Below are positions 12,124 through 25,700 of a stretch of DNA of 64,000 nt, one piece after another. The translations under genes and the position numbers were made by a program. The notes under the pieces are model-generated. The model ran no database searches and had not been told where the DNA came from. It was given only the letters and a program-made list of their open reading frames with translations. Each line of letters opens with the position of its first letter. The stretch's first letter is position 1. Source of the stretch: Octopus sinensis (lineage: Eukaryota); the NCBI RefSeq assembly GCF_006345805.1, contig NC_042997.1, positions 71,052,001 through 71,116,000 of the forward strand. Direction: 5' to 3'.

Positions 12124-12124
<1 letters not shown>
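11710..12124 (+). mobile_element. tRNA-derived SINE family A, full length
   Basis: Head has an A-box-like gtggctgtgtggtaag and a B-box-like gggttcagttcc. Internal (TA)/(TG) tract, tail tgactgaaacaagtaa..gagtaaaagag. Flanked by (TA)n. Confidence 0.9.
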
Positions 12125-12367
<243 letters not shown>

Positions 12368-12769
12368 CTCTTTTACCCTTTTAAGTTTTTTTACTCTTTA
12401 CATGTTTCAGACTATTTGACTGCGGCCATGCTGGAGCACCGCCTTTAAGACCCAGGACTTATTCTTTGTAAACCTAGTACTTATTCCATTAGTCTCTTTT
12501 GCCGAAACGCTAAGTTACGGGGGCACACACCCGTGTCGGTTGTCAAGTGATGTTGGAGGGATAAACACAGTCACACAAACATATACACACACATATATAT
12601 ATACACGACGGGCTTCTGTAAGTTTCCGTCTACCAAATCCACTCACAAGGCTTTGGTCGGCCCGGGGCTATTTTAGAAGACACTTGCCCAAGGTGCTTCG
12701 CCGTGGGTCTGAACCCAGAACCATGTGACTGGTAAGCAAGCTACTTACCACACAGCCGCTCCTGCGCCT
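12368..12769 (-). mobile_element. SINE family A, full length, inverted relative to 11710-12124
   Basis: Reverse complement of the same head, body and tail. Confidence 0.9.
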
Positions 12770-12772
12770 ATA

Positions 12773-12825
<53 letters not shown>

Positions 12826-12921
12826 TATATATATGAGTGTATGTATGTACGTATGTATATATCAAAGTCACAGATTTTAACATCTGTAAGTAAATATCAA
12901 AGCACAATAACATTGAATTTA

Positions 12922-12962
<41 letters not shown>

Positions 12963-12966
<4 letters not shown>

Positions 12967-13410
12967 TAAGGACTGAACACGAAAAGGTGGACAGTCAACA
13001 TGCTAGATATAGACGTCAAATCGCCATTCTCCACAAAGATTTTGTTCTCAAATAAAAATAAAATTCAGCACGACCTAAAGCAATGGATGAGACAAAAGAA
13101 AAATACTAAATGGAATAATTACCTACGTACTGCAGTTTCAGCTATTAATATCACAAGGATATCTGTAACTTCATCAGCGTAGTTTGTTATGAGCATAATA
13201 TGCTGTACTAGATGTAAAACGGTACCGGAGTCCCGCATGCAAAAAGTACAACCTATTACGTTCGGATGTATCTTTCGAATGCCTCTACTTTTGGCGCGCT
13301 GATAATCGAAAAACTAGCCTGCAGTTAATAAATTAGCAGCAGTCAATTTATCGGTTTGAGAACATATATTTCATATTTAAAAATTAAGGGTAGAAATTGA
13401 TATTAGTCAA
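12963..13410 (-). mobile_element. PLE-type terminal-repeat fragment embedded in (TA)n
   Basis: Contains an intact HHR and has (TA)n on both sides. No coding remnant recognised. Confidence 0.55.
13123..13182 (-). ncRNA. Type I hammerhead ribozyme motif with a fully canonical core
   Basis: Minus strand reads ctacg-CTGATGA-agttacagatatccttgtgatattaatagct-GAAA-ctgcag-TA-cgtag. Stem I is 5 bp and perfect. Stem II is agtta/tagct plus atatc/gatat. Stem III region is the palindrome ACTGCAGT. Confidence 0.85.
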
Positions 13411-15921
13411 TTAAAACCATATATATATATATATATCTTTGTATTAATGCTAGCTACAAGTAAGACCAGAATATTTAGTCTCTCAATAAATAGAATTACT
13501 TGTTCATTGAGTATCCTGTATATTACGTCGACATTTTACCTGTAACTAAGTCAAAGGGTGAATTAGAACAATATCGTGTGTGGTAAGTATGAACTCTTGA
13601 ATTGCAGATAGAATCCAACCGACGGCATCTTGCACTGTTTCCGTCCACACAGTTTCACTAACAAGGCTGGGCGGCATTATATACAAATGGCCAAGAAATT
13701 CGCTTCGCAACTACGAAGTCCTTTGTTCTATCCTGTTTCGGGGTATTTGACCAAATGTGTCTCTCCATTGCTTTAGGTCGTCCTCAAGTCTGACCACAAT
13801 ATATTACCATCAATGACTTAATTAATGGTACCCAAATATTTGAACTTACTCTTCTTTATGTTCGACAAGCTCTTAGATTTGATAACTTGCGTGTGATAAA
13901 TCACAAATTTAACTACAATAATACAGCAAGAATATATAAACAGTGGCCTAATGATTAGGCAAGCTCATTGACAGTGAATAGTAGAGAGCTTTGATAAGGC
14001 ATGTTGCAAAGTAGATTTAGTGATTCTATCGCTAGTAATACATAAATTCGAAGCAATACATTTGCAAATCTTCAAAATGATTAATGGCAGCAAGGAATTT
14101 CACAAAGGCAATGGACTAACTTGATAACATCATAACACAAAGAGTAATGATATTAGACTGTGATGGATATGATTGAAATGTGTAGAGAATTATGATCGGA
14201 AGTGTTGATGTGAATAGGTGTACAATGTATTTCAGTTTAGATAGCTCGCCTGCGTTAAAATGGAAGCTAGAGTCAATCATTAAAATTGAAAGTGAAGACA
14301 TCAATGCTTGACGTGTAGAGCTAAGTAGGTCCTAACAAAAGAATCGTTGAAGCAGCTAACATAAGGCGAACTTCTTATTATAGAGACAACTATATATATA
14401 TATATATATAATGTAATACGGAATATATACATATATATACATACACACACACACATATATATATAAATATTCCGTGTTGCATTCTAATAATACCATATAT
14501 AGTCAATGGATACTCAAGTGTGTGCTTGTTTGTATGTATGCGAAGGTGCACTGACACATATATACATATGTAATGTATATATGCTTGCTAAGGATATATA
14601 TGCATTTATACCGTATGTCTACAAGCACATATATAATCAATTCGAGTTATATATCTATGTGCCTACCATGTTTCTCAATATGATGTATCGACATATCGAT
14701 CTATATTCTATATTCAGTATTACTGCTCCTCCTTTTCTCAGTAATAACACTCTGTATGTGTGTCTATGTGTATGTGTGTGTTGTGTGTGTGTGTGTGTGT
14801 GTTTGCGTGCCTATGTGTGTGTGTGTGACCATGACTATACCCACATACACTCACACATATACGCGCGTATGCATACACTCAGATATTACATATTAACTAG
14901 AGAAATGTGGGGAAAAAATTAACAGAAATAGATCGATAAATTTATGAATGCCCTTGCATGAGGGCAAACATACATTCATTCATACACACATTACACACAC
15001 ACACACAAGCACGCACATATACATACATACATGCATACATACATACATACATACATACATACATACATACATACATACATACATACATACATTCATACAT
15101 ACATACATATATACATGCTTGCATGCATACATACATATATACACACATCTATGCATACATACATAGAAACATATATACACACAGACATTCATGCATACAA
15201 GGTCGTAAGAAAGGACACATCTTCATGTACGGTAACCTGTACCAGTTTTGTATATACATCATAGAATGCATTCTTTCAGAATATATAAACATTATGAAAT
15301 GCCTCAACTCAATATGAGAGACATCGTCTCTAGTTATTTCTAACAAGTACACTTAATTGTCTGCATATCTCTTCCGAACCAGATTTGTGATTTTTATCTG
15401 ATGGCATAATCAATACATTCAAGTGTAAATGTGTCTGTCAGTCAGTGTGTGTGTGTGTGTGTGCGTGTGTGTGTTTGTGTCCATGTGTGTGTACTAATAG
15501 AAACAAAAAACATACATCATATACAAACACACACGCACATACATACGCACATACACACACACACGCACACACTCACACACACACACACACGCACATATTG
15601 GCATAACACTTTTAAAGAAATCTTGATTTTTTGCCCCGTTGATCTCCACTTCTTATTTGAAATTGGTACCAATCTCCACCAAGCAACTGATGTACCATTC
15701 TTGGAGCGCAGATAATTTGAATAAATCAGGAATATATATGGCTTGCTCTTTAATACTTTTTAAAATGTATCTGTATTCGTCTTTTCTGTTCAGAATCATC
15801 CCGCTGTCTACTATGAGCTATTTCTCTTACCACATTTTCACTTTCCACACGCACACACACACAAAATATAAGTATGTATGTATGTACGCATGTGTGTGTG
15901 CGAGTACTTATATAGCGAGTG

Positions 15922-15973
<52 letters not shown>

Positions 15974-16164
15974 ATATATGTATATGCATTTTTATATATA
16001 TACATGTATATAGATTTGCATATATACCATATGCGCATGTATATATATATGAATATATTTATGTAAATCTATATCTAAATGTATATGTATATGTGTGTGT
16101 ATGTATATATGTATGCATGTATGTGAGTGTGTGCGTGCTTATATGGTGCATATATATGTGTATA

Positions 16165-16196
<32 letters not shown>

Positions 16197-16289
16197 CATA
16201 TATATATGTATGTATGCATATATATATACATATATATATGTATGTATGCATGTATGTATGTATGTATGTATGTATGTATGTATGTATAT

Positions 16290-17363
16290 ACAAAATATGG
16301 GGGTTTAGTTCACAGGTCATCTAAACGACCAGGTACGCTGGGTAAGTGATGTAACGGATTACCAATATAGGTTATCCTGGTCTATAATAGATTCTGGCAT
16401 CCCATATCAGGGCCAGCACCTCACTTGTGAACTCTGCCTAAAAGAAGCCCTCAAAATTTTAATCCATAACTCACCACAGTTGCTTAACAAAAACAATAAA
16501 GCCTTCACAACGTGTAAACACAAATTTTTCAGCACTTTAAAATTGTTCCATAAATCCAAATGTAAACTTACCTCCCATACATAACACTCACATGCCAACC
16601 TCCATGGTCGTTTATACATACCCTTGTATATCTTTTTTTTTATCATCCTTAGAAGATAACTGTTAATTTATTTATTTATTTTTAAACCTTAACCTATTAA
16701 ATCCCCTAATATTTAGTTATAACTCTTATTCCTAAATAACTTAATATTCAACTGGTTTCTTCTTTCACGACTAACTACACACTCATACCCCCATAGCTAA
16801 AATTATTTCTATAGCCACTGTCCTTAGCCATAAAACGGACACAAACACATTACTTTATTTCCTCTACAACCCTTACAAACTAGAACGGCACTGGCACCTG
16901 CTATTCTCTTTCAAATTCCTTTCATATACTTTCTTTTCTATTCTTTACGTTATCTTCCTTTACCTCCTCCTCTCTCCTTATTTACCCTTATATATTTATT
17001 TATCTTCTTTTATATTTTTCTACACTATATTCCTATATACCTTATTTAATCCTTCATATCCATGGATTCACATAGAATTGCACCTAAGGACTTCTGGACT
17101 AACATCTACATTATCGGAAAGTTGAACTGTGAAGTTTTATGCTCCTTTTTCTTCATTTTCTTTATTCTTTTTCTCCAGTCCTCTATGTCATCGTTTTGTT
17201 AATAATCTATACCCTTCACATTTTCCCTATTTGTCTCCGATGACAGAATATCTCATATTTTGGGATATCCCAGAAACAGCTGTAAGACTTAAAATTTTTT
17301 CCAATAATAATAACATATATGACTTGAGATGTTGTCTTGCGTTAGCGTTTGCTGTCCTTTTTA

Positions 17364-17370
<7 letters not shown>
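16290..17370 (+). mobile_element. 3' end of a PLE (GIY-YIG C-terminus, pyrimidine-rich UTR, terminal HHR)
   Basis: LSWSIIDSGIPYQGQHLTCELCLKEALKILIHNSPQLLNKNNKAFTTCKHKF at ~16370-16530 matches the WSI..C.LCL.E..I..LLNK..C.H pattern. Microsatellites lie on both sides. Confidence 0.75.
17233..17288 (+). ncRNA. Hammerhead-like motif with a U4>C core change
   Basis: gtct-CCGATGA(17237-17243)-stem II (atatctc/gggatat)-GAAA(17273-17276)-cagctg-TA-agac. Stem III region is the palindrome ACAGCTGT. Confidence 0.65.
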
Positions 17371-17371
<1 letters not shown>

Positions 17372-17461
<90 letters not shown>

Positions 17462-17491
17462 ATATATACGTATATATATAAATATACATAC

Positions 17492-17532
<41 letters not shown>

Positions 17533-17536
17533 CGTG

Positions 17537-17568
<32 letters not shown>

Positions 17569-17595
17569 TATATAATATATGTATATATATATACA

Positions 17596-17626
<31 letters not shown>

Positions 17627-17720
17627 CATACACATATATATATATATATATACATGTGTATATATATATATATGTATATATAGAGAGATAGATAGATATA
17701 GATATATGTATGTATATGTA
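17372..17720. repeat. Long interrupted (TA)n tract
   Basis: Read directly from the sequence. Confidence 0.95.
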
Positions 17721-17985
17721 TATATGTGCCTGTTTGTATGTATGTCTGTATGTGTATATGTGTATGCATCCATGCATTTATGTATGAAGGAAGGAAGAAA
17801 GAGGTTTAGGACTGGGTGATCGGAAAAGTAGTTACAGTAATGTGGAGGTGGCTGATGAAGAAACTAGGAGAAAAGACAGTCAATCGATTCTTATATCCGT
17901 TCTAGTGTTAGCAGTCTTTCATAGAGCAAAGTGCAGCCAAGGGAATCAGCACAGATACATCTCTCTTTTTCTTGCTTTATCTCTC

Positions 17986-18020
<35 letters not shown>

Positions 18021-18070
18021 CTCTCTCTAATTTCGATTTATCGGTTATTTCCCTCAATATAATACAATAT

Positions 18071-18300
18071 TTCTTCTTCTTCTTCTTCTTCTTCTTCTTC
18101 TTCTTCTTCTTCTTCTTCTTCTTTCTTCTTCTCTTCTTCTTCTTCTCTCTTCTTCTTCTTCTTCTTATTCTTATTCTTCTTCTTCTTCTTCTTCTTCTTT
18201 CTTCCTCTTCTCTCTTCTTCTTTCTTCTTCTTCTTCTTCTCTTCTTCTTCTTCTTCTTCTCTCTTCCTTCTTTTCTTCTTTTCTTCTTCTTCTTTCTTTT
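18071..18300. repeat. (TTC)n polypyrimidine tract
   Basis: About 230 bp of interrupted TTC repeats. Confidence 0.95.
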
Positions 18301-19396
18301 TCCTTACTTCTTTTTTTCGTTGTGTTCATGTTTTAACTCTGCTCGCCATTATCGTTGTTCTTACTTATTGAAGTAGGTATTAAGACTTGCATTGTTGCAT
18401 TGTGTGTCCTAATGAAGCCCGAAAGGATTATATATATATATATATATAATAACGCGAGTCGAACGTTTGTTATCGGCTCTGATGATGTTCATTATAAGAG
18501 TTTACACATCTTTGAATTGTTCCTTGACTTCTGAACTTCTTAACACCCGATGTTTCCAGGTCAGAGACATTCAAATTTTACATAGTACGAAAAGCACCAA
18601 GTATTCACCGTCCACTTCAAAAGTTGTAGGCATAGCAGTCCCAATCATATTTACTGAGAGACCTTCAATGCGACCGCTCAGTTAGCTAGAAAACACAGCT
18701 AAAATTCTTTCGTATCACGCTGTACTATCGTTAATGTAATGAAAGAACACAATATAATCTTGTTCTAGATACTTTATGCCTCCAAATAGATAAGATAACA
18801 TTGAATATAAATCTACTCAATTACTATTGAATACAACTAAAACAATAGCAAGAACATCCAAATTTCATTTCATAACATTGGTTTCTAACACAAGAAGACT
18901 TCACACCTGGATGTATATTATTTCACCGACTTCCCAGGATGAAATATGAAATAGACCTTGAGAATCCTCAAAGTTTTAATAACCATAATCAGTAATCGTG
19001 TAGCAACACAGCTTCTGGCTATAGTCGATCATATCGACATTAATAAGTAACTGACACTTATTTAATTGATCAGAGAACAATGAAAGTCAAATGCTACCTC
19101 TGCGTGTTTCGAAATCAGACTGTTTCGAATCGGATTGTTATGGGTCACATCAAAATGCGATACAGTATTTCTATCTAATATACCAATCCATCGCCCTTTC
19201 CACAGTTCATAGTATTATTAACAGTAACTCTTAGGTTACTAGATGCCCAGTTGTGAATGAACCTAAAACAATTTTTGTTAGCATACCCCCACCTATACTA
19301 CAGTTTTAGTACCACTTTCCAACTTATCTAATTTCTTTTATTAAACTATAATAATCTCTGCATGGATTTATAAATGTACTCATATAGCCTTATATT

Positions 19397-19640
19397 AGTT
19401 CCGGGTTCAGTGCCACTGCGAGGAACCTTGGGCAAGTGTCTTCTACTATAGTCTCGAGCAGACCAAAGTTTTGTGGCTGGATGTGGTAGACGGAAACTGA
19501 AAGGAGTTCGTTGTATGTATATATATATATATATACCCTTTACTCTCTCTTTTATTTGTTTCAGTCATTTTGACTGCGACCATGCTGGAACACCGCCTTT
19601 AGTCGAGAAAATCGACCCTAGAACTTATTCTTTGTAAGCC
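19397..19640. mobile_element. Two SINE A fragments: 5' half (+, 19397-19515) and 3' half (-, 19535-19640) around a (TA)n
   Basis: Matches to the head and tail of 11710-12124. Confidence 0.8.
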
Positions 19641-19664
19641 GAACCGCTTACTTGTAAGCCGAAC

Positions 19665-19872
19665 GGAATATTTTAGAAATTTCTATCGGCTTGTTTCGAG
19701 ACGCATAAATTATAATGGTTATTGACAATTTGTCTATTTTCGGCATATTTGGCATTAGAATTTTTCTTTTGTCCTTATTTTATAAGTTATTTACAAATTT
19801 AACCTTAAAAGGTATTTTTTAATATGCTGGCCATTGATAAAATTTTTTTCGAAAAATGTTTATCCTACATTA

Positions 19873-19875
<3 letters not shown>
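19665..19875 (+). mobile_element. Fragment of the 717-1311 PLE terminal-repeat family
   Basis: ttttcggcatatttggcattagaa...aaggtattttttaatatgctgg..gataaaatttttttcga matches the reverse complement of 717-960. Confidence 0.75.
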
Positions 19876-19909
<34 letters not shown>

Positions 19910-19914
19910 GCGCG

Positions 19915-20010
19915 GCACATTGGGCAAATGTCTTCTACTATAGCCTCGGGCCGACCAAAGCCTGTGAGTGGATTTGGTAGTCCGGAAACGGAAAGAAGCT
20001 CGTCGTATAT
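19915..20010 (+). mobile_element. SINE A 5' fragment
   Basis: ggcac-ttgggcaa-tgtcttctactatagcctcgggccgaccaaagcc. Confidence 0.8.
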
Positions 20011-20066
20011 ATATATATGTGTGTGCGTGTGTGTGTGTGTGCATGCATATATGTGTATATGCATAT

Positions 20067-20119
<53 letters not shown>

Positions 20120-21060
20120 CCAAGTTAGCTAAAGATCCGTTTGGAAAAGATTTCGGGTCAAGACGCACTTCGCTATGGTCGGCCTAAAATTAACAGTGAC
20201 AAGATGAATGGGTTAGTCGATATCAACCCACATTACGCGACCAGGTTGATCCTTGATATTCGCCAAATATCAAGTGCTGCAAACAATCTGCATGGAATTA
20301 GTTAGGTCATCAGGCTCGTTCATTGGGTCCCACATCAACTGAATAAACTTCGCTTAACGGATTTCCTGTGGTGATTCTTTGCAGAAACTTGAAGAAAACC
20401 ACGCTTTTTTAAGTGAATGGTAACAGGGTACAAAAAATGGGTCGTCTACAGCAACGTGAATGCAACTGATCATGTGGGAAGCACGGTGAATCATCAGAAA
20501 CAGTCTCCAGAGCAGAACATTGCTCGAAGAGGGTTATGCTTTAAATTTGGTGGGATTGAATGGAGGTCGTCTTTTACGAGCTACTTCACACGAACTCGGA
20601 TGTATATTGTGTCCAGCTGGACAAACTAAAGGCAGTGATCCACCAGAAGTGTTCAGCACTTGCTAATCGTAAGAGCGTTGTTTTTTCCTCAGGATAATGC
20701 CAAACAGCATACTTTTTTGTAGATGTGGCAGAAGTTACTGAGGCTTAGATGGGAAGTTTTCCCACACCCTCAATATTCGCCTAACATTGTGAGTTCAGAT
20801 TTCCGCCAGTTTTGTCCACTTCAAAATTCATTGATTTGACAGACTTCAACTCAGTAGGGGTTGTAAAAATTTACCTGCAAGAGTTTTTCACCTGCATATT
20901 GGAAATTCTTTTAACAGAAAGTAATGGATCTGCTCACAACATGGTAGAAGATACTAAAAGAAAGCGCAAATTATATCATTTATAGGAGGAAATCATTTTG
21001 TGTTTAATGCTTGTGTCTTATTTTCTCTTAAAAACCGAACGAAATTTTTAGCCAACTCAA
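20120..21060 (+). mobile_element. Degenerate, internally deleted mariner from a different subfamily than 8530-9816
   Basis: Motifs WVPHQL (~20320), VTG.KKWVVYSN (~20420), RK.VVF..QDNAK.H (~20670) and WEVFPHPQYSP (~20750). Right TIR-like end aaaaccgaacgaaatttttagccaactcaa plus TA, with a degenerate left counterpart at ~20120. Confidence 0.85.
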
Positions 21061-21070
21061 TACATATATT

Positions 21071-21464
21071 CTTTTCTACTTTGGGCACAAGGTGCAATTT
21101 TTGGGGGAAAAGTGGCCAGTCAATTAGATCGACCCCAGTAAACAACTGGTACTTAATTTATCGACCCCGAAAAGATGAAAGGCAATTTCGACTTCGGTGG
21201 AATTTGAACTCAGAACGCAGCGGCTGACGAAACACCTATTTCTCTACTACCCACAAGGGGCTAAACACAGAGAGGACAAACAAGGACAGACAAACGGATT
21301 AAGTCGATTATATCGACCCCAGTGCATAACTGGTACTTATTTAATCGACCCGAAAGGATGAAAGGCAAAGTCCACCTCGGCGAAATTTGAACTCAGAATG
21401 TAACGGCAGACGAAATACCGCTAAGCATTTTGCCCAGCGCGCTAACGTTTCTGCCAGCTCGCCG
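21071..21464 (-). mobile_element. SINE family B, dimeric form
   Basis: Same two-module structure as 4454-4831. Confidence 0.88.
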
Positions 21465-22199
21465 TCTTCCCAATATATATATTTACACATATATTGTATA
21501 TGTAGAGAGAGAGAGAGAAAGAGAGAGACAGACAGACAGTCAGACAGGGAGAGAGAAGCGGAGAGAAAGAGGAGAGAGAGAAATTGCCAATTACCTAAAC
21601 CATAAATGCCTTCTCCCTTGTTCTTTTCTTCTATTTTCCTGTTCCTTGTTTCTTACTCACCATTCATTTTCTTCCTTTTGTTTCTTCTTCCCACCCCTTC
21701 ATCTTATATTCTCTTCACCTCTAAACCCCATGACAGAAAACTTTATAGAGCTGTGCAAATTTCATCAATTTTCAGTTTTAACTTGCTAGCTGTTCCTCTG
21801 CACCCACTGGTGAATCTCGAAACACTGACTAGTAAGAAACTGATTCGTCTAAATAATATGTGTGATTGAGTGTGCATGTATGAGTGTTTACTACATGCTC
21901 ACATATAGAAGCGAATGTGTATTTTTATGTGCGTGTGTATTGGCATCTATGTATCTATGTATATATATATGTATGTATTTATGTATATGCATACATACCA
22001 CGACTTGAAATTGTATTGACCACAGAAATGAAATATTGGACCTTATAACCCAGTTTTTTACAAACATTGGAATGAAATTTGGTGATAATAAGACGTGGAA
22101 AAGTTGTGCCCTGCTCTGAAAACCTAACGATTAATTGCTTTACAATACAACCTCTGTAGCCAGGTAACAATTACAGGTACTCTGGACAAGAGGAGAACG

Positions 22200-22830
22200 T
22201 CAGATATGATGGACCCATAATAAAAGGAGGGGACCAGGAATGAATGTCTCAGGATATTCAGCAGAAGAAAGATACCAGAAACTATCTTGCCCAAGTTTGC
22301 TACCGTTAAATCAATAATTAGAATAACTGATGAACTTCAGAAGAGGGGCGAAGCGGAAGCATGGAATAAGAAAAGTAGATTAGTTCACTGAGAAGATAGT
22401 ACGTGGGTACTTGGCACGTAAAACACAAAGGATTATGTCAAAAGCTTGGCATGGAGTACGACCAAGTTTATGACATCCCATTTCGAAGAACAAGAGATCC
22501 TCACCAAGTACCTGCTGCATAAAAAGGAGAAAACTTTGACAGACAACACGAGTAGGCTTTGAAAGACCAAGATTGAAGACATCAACCACATTATTGCCAA
22601 ACGCTAGAGAATGTCTTCCAGATATTATTTTCCAATGAGGCATGATAGGGCATCCAGAAGAGTTTGGAACAGGATAACCAAAACGAGAACACCTACAAAC
22701 GAAGGTGACCATATTGAAAACGAATATTAGTGGGACTTAACAATTAAAATAAACACCGAGTTAAAACACAACCGGTCAGATATTGTTGTATAGGACAACA
22801 AGGAAAAGATATGTAAAAATCACCTCATTT
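22200..22830 (+). mobile_element. Relic of an RLE-type non-LTR retrotransposon (R4/Dong-like) C-terminal region
   Basis: Frame-broken EQEILTKYL, a decayed CCHC knuckle (RL*KTKIEDINHII), RYYFPMRHD and KHNRSDIVV. Homologous to 61490-62062. Confidence 0.75.
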
Positions 22831-23270
22831 TGTATAGCATTGTTGTTAGAAAAATAAAAAGAAAGAGGGCATCTATGTCTCATACCTATTATTATTATTG
22901 GAGCAACTGGATACATACCAAATCAACTGGAACAAAATATGGCCGAACTTACAGTGGAAAAGTTGATGGTCAAAACAAGATGCGAGATGCTTTCCTTCTC
23001 AACATTGCTAGTAGTAGGCTGCCGGTCAAAATTTAATTATTACATAAAGAGAACACACACACAAAAAAAAAACATACATACACACATATACAGGCACATA
23101 CATACATACATATAGAAATACATACATATATATATATATATACATATATGTATATATATGTATATACCTGCATAAATATATATACATACGCACACATGCA
23201 TATACGCATAAACACATGAACGCACATACACATTCATATATCAGAAGTAAATAAATTTATATATGTTTGT

Positions 23271-23336
<66 letters not shown>

Positions 23337-23814
23337 ATCTTTCTATCTATCTACCTATAGTTATTAACTGCTTGAAACAGAATTAGTCACTTGTCACCGA
23401 AAACGGTAGAAATGCGTCACATATCTATTCAGAAGTTCTCAGCTGGGTAAAACATATTTTCATTTATTCACAAGCACAAGTGGTACTTTTATGTGATCAG
23501 AATAAATGTTCAAATACATATGACTTGAAGGTATGAAAATATCACGTGATAATACAAAAATGTCGCATATTGTGCTCATAACAATGTGCTTGAAAATATT
23601 TCTGATACATGTACACACGCAAAAACTTACAAAGACACACACATATGTATATATATATGTCTGTATATATGTGCATCAGTGAGTTTGCGCGCGCGTGTGT
23701 GTGTGAGTGTGTGTGCACATGTATGCGTTGTTGTGTGTGCGTATGTGTGCATGTATGTATTATCAGCTTTCTTCCCCACAAGTTTCTGAATAATCAGCAA
23801 CGTGAAATTCACTT

Positions 23815-24002
23815 ACAGTCGTTAGCACACCGGAAAAAGATCTTAGTGGCATTTCATCAGTCTCCATGTTCTGAGTTCAAATTCCGTCCTTACGGGGTCG
23901 ATAAAATAAGTGCCAGTTGCACACTGGGGTCAATGTAATTGACTTAGCCTCAACTCCATCCCCGGAACTACTAGCCTTGTGCCAGAATTTTAAACCAGCT
24001 GA
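23815..24002 (+). mobile_element. SINE family B, monomeric and degenerate
   Basis: ttctgagttcaaattcc..ggggtcgataaaataagt..cactggggtc, with an (ATT)n tail. Confidence 0.75.
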
Positions 24003-24034
24003 AACTATTATCATTGTTGCTGTTATTGTTATTA

Positions 24035-24086
<52 letters not shown>

Positions 24087-24179
24087 GAGTGAGAGAGCAG
24101 TGCATGCCATCAAAATGACACTGGGGTAAAATATACGAAGCCCAGTATACCCATCATGACTACCCGTCTGATAGGGGTA
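24087..24179 (-). mobile_element. Family C 3' fragment with (AAT)n tail
   Basis: Reverse complement of 5393-5483. Confidence 0.85.
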
Positions 24180-24212
24180 GTTCAAATTCCGCCGACTTAG
24201 CCTTTTATCTTA

Positions 24213-24450
24213 TAGGCGTAGGAGTGACTGTGCGGTAAGTAGCTTGCTTACGAACCGCATGGTTCCGGGTTACGTCCCACTGCGTGGCACCTTGGGCAAG
24301 TGTCTTCTACTATAGCCTCGGGCCGACCAAAGACCTGTGAGTGGATTTGGTAGACGGAAACTGAAAGAAGCCCGTCGTATATATGTATATATGCATGTGT
24401 GTGTATATGCTTGTGTATCTGTTTGTCCCCCAACATCGCTTGACAACCGT
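24213..24450 (+). mobile_element. SINE A, 5' two-thirds
   Basis: Head ggcgtaggagtgactgtgcggtaagtagc and a matching body. Confidence 0.88.
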
Positions 24451-25376
24451 ATACACACATACATATCAGAACAAATATTTTTTCGAATTGTAATTGTATA
24501 CGCTCGTATGGGCCATGTATGTGACTAAATAAATATCGAATACATACATATATTCAAACCAAAACTGTCCGACGAATACATACATGTATGTATATTTATG
24601 TTCTTCTATGTGTATGCTTAGTCAATAAGTAACGATTAGTGAAATACATTCTTATGACGCGTTGCAAATTTTATAAACATCAGGGAATTTCTTCATTAAA
24701 AGGAATTGTTATCTGTCTATGATTCTAGTGACATCTCTCAGTTTTACACTTCTACACTATCTTACCTATTATTTATCCTTTTAATTTTGTTTTATCTTGC
24801 TCGTTCACTCTATGTGTTTGTCAATTTCTTCTATTATAGCACTGGTGAAATTAATGTTTCTCTCACGTAAGATGAAACTCACATAATGCATCTACACACT
24901 ACGTATCCTGACCTCTCTGTGTCAATCTCCCTTTCCTCTCTTCCACCTCTCCCCTTTCTCTCTTCTATCTCTTCCCTTTTCTCTTCCTCTCTTTCTCTCT
25001 CCGATACAATCCACTTCCTAGTCAATTATTCGGTTACCAACATGCGATCTCACTATGGTCATTTGCAAACTGTCTTGAGTTTTCTTCACAATCATAGTGA
25101 CCCCAGCCTTGTATATTTTTTTTTTAACATTTGCAATTTTCTTCTTTCTCTCTTCACAAGCAAAAGCTTGCAGTTGCCTTGATTTATCAGTGATCAGTGA
25201 TACAACTTTCATTAAATTGAAGTCTGCATAGCCCGAACTTCGAAATTCAGTCAATATTTATTCTGAATCCTTCTATTTCAATTTCAAGTCCATTTTACTA
25301 CACATACAAGAAGGGTATATTTATGTGTGTCTATGTGTACATGTTCGATACATACATACATATATATATATATATC

Positions 25377-25414
<38 letters not shown>

Positions 25415-25427
25415 ATTATATACATAT

Positions 25428-25458
<31 letters not shown>

Positions 25459-25624
25459 TATATATATATCATATATATATGTATGTATATATAAATGTAT
25501 ATATTATGTATATATTTGTTATATATATATATATAATATATATATATATATAGATATATATATATATAGGTGATACATACAAAAAGGAACATCCAGATAG
25601 ACGATACAAAGAAAACAAGGTGGG

Positions 25625-25660
<36 letters not shown>

Positions 25661-25700
25661 AGTGTGTATACACACAAACACAGACGCACACACACACACA

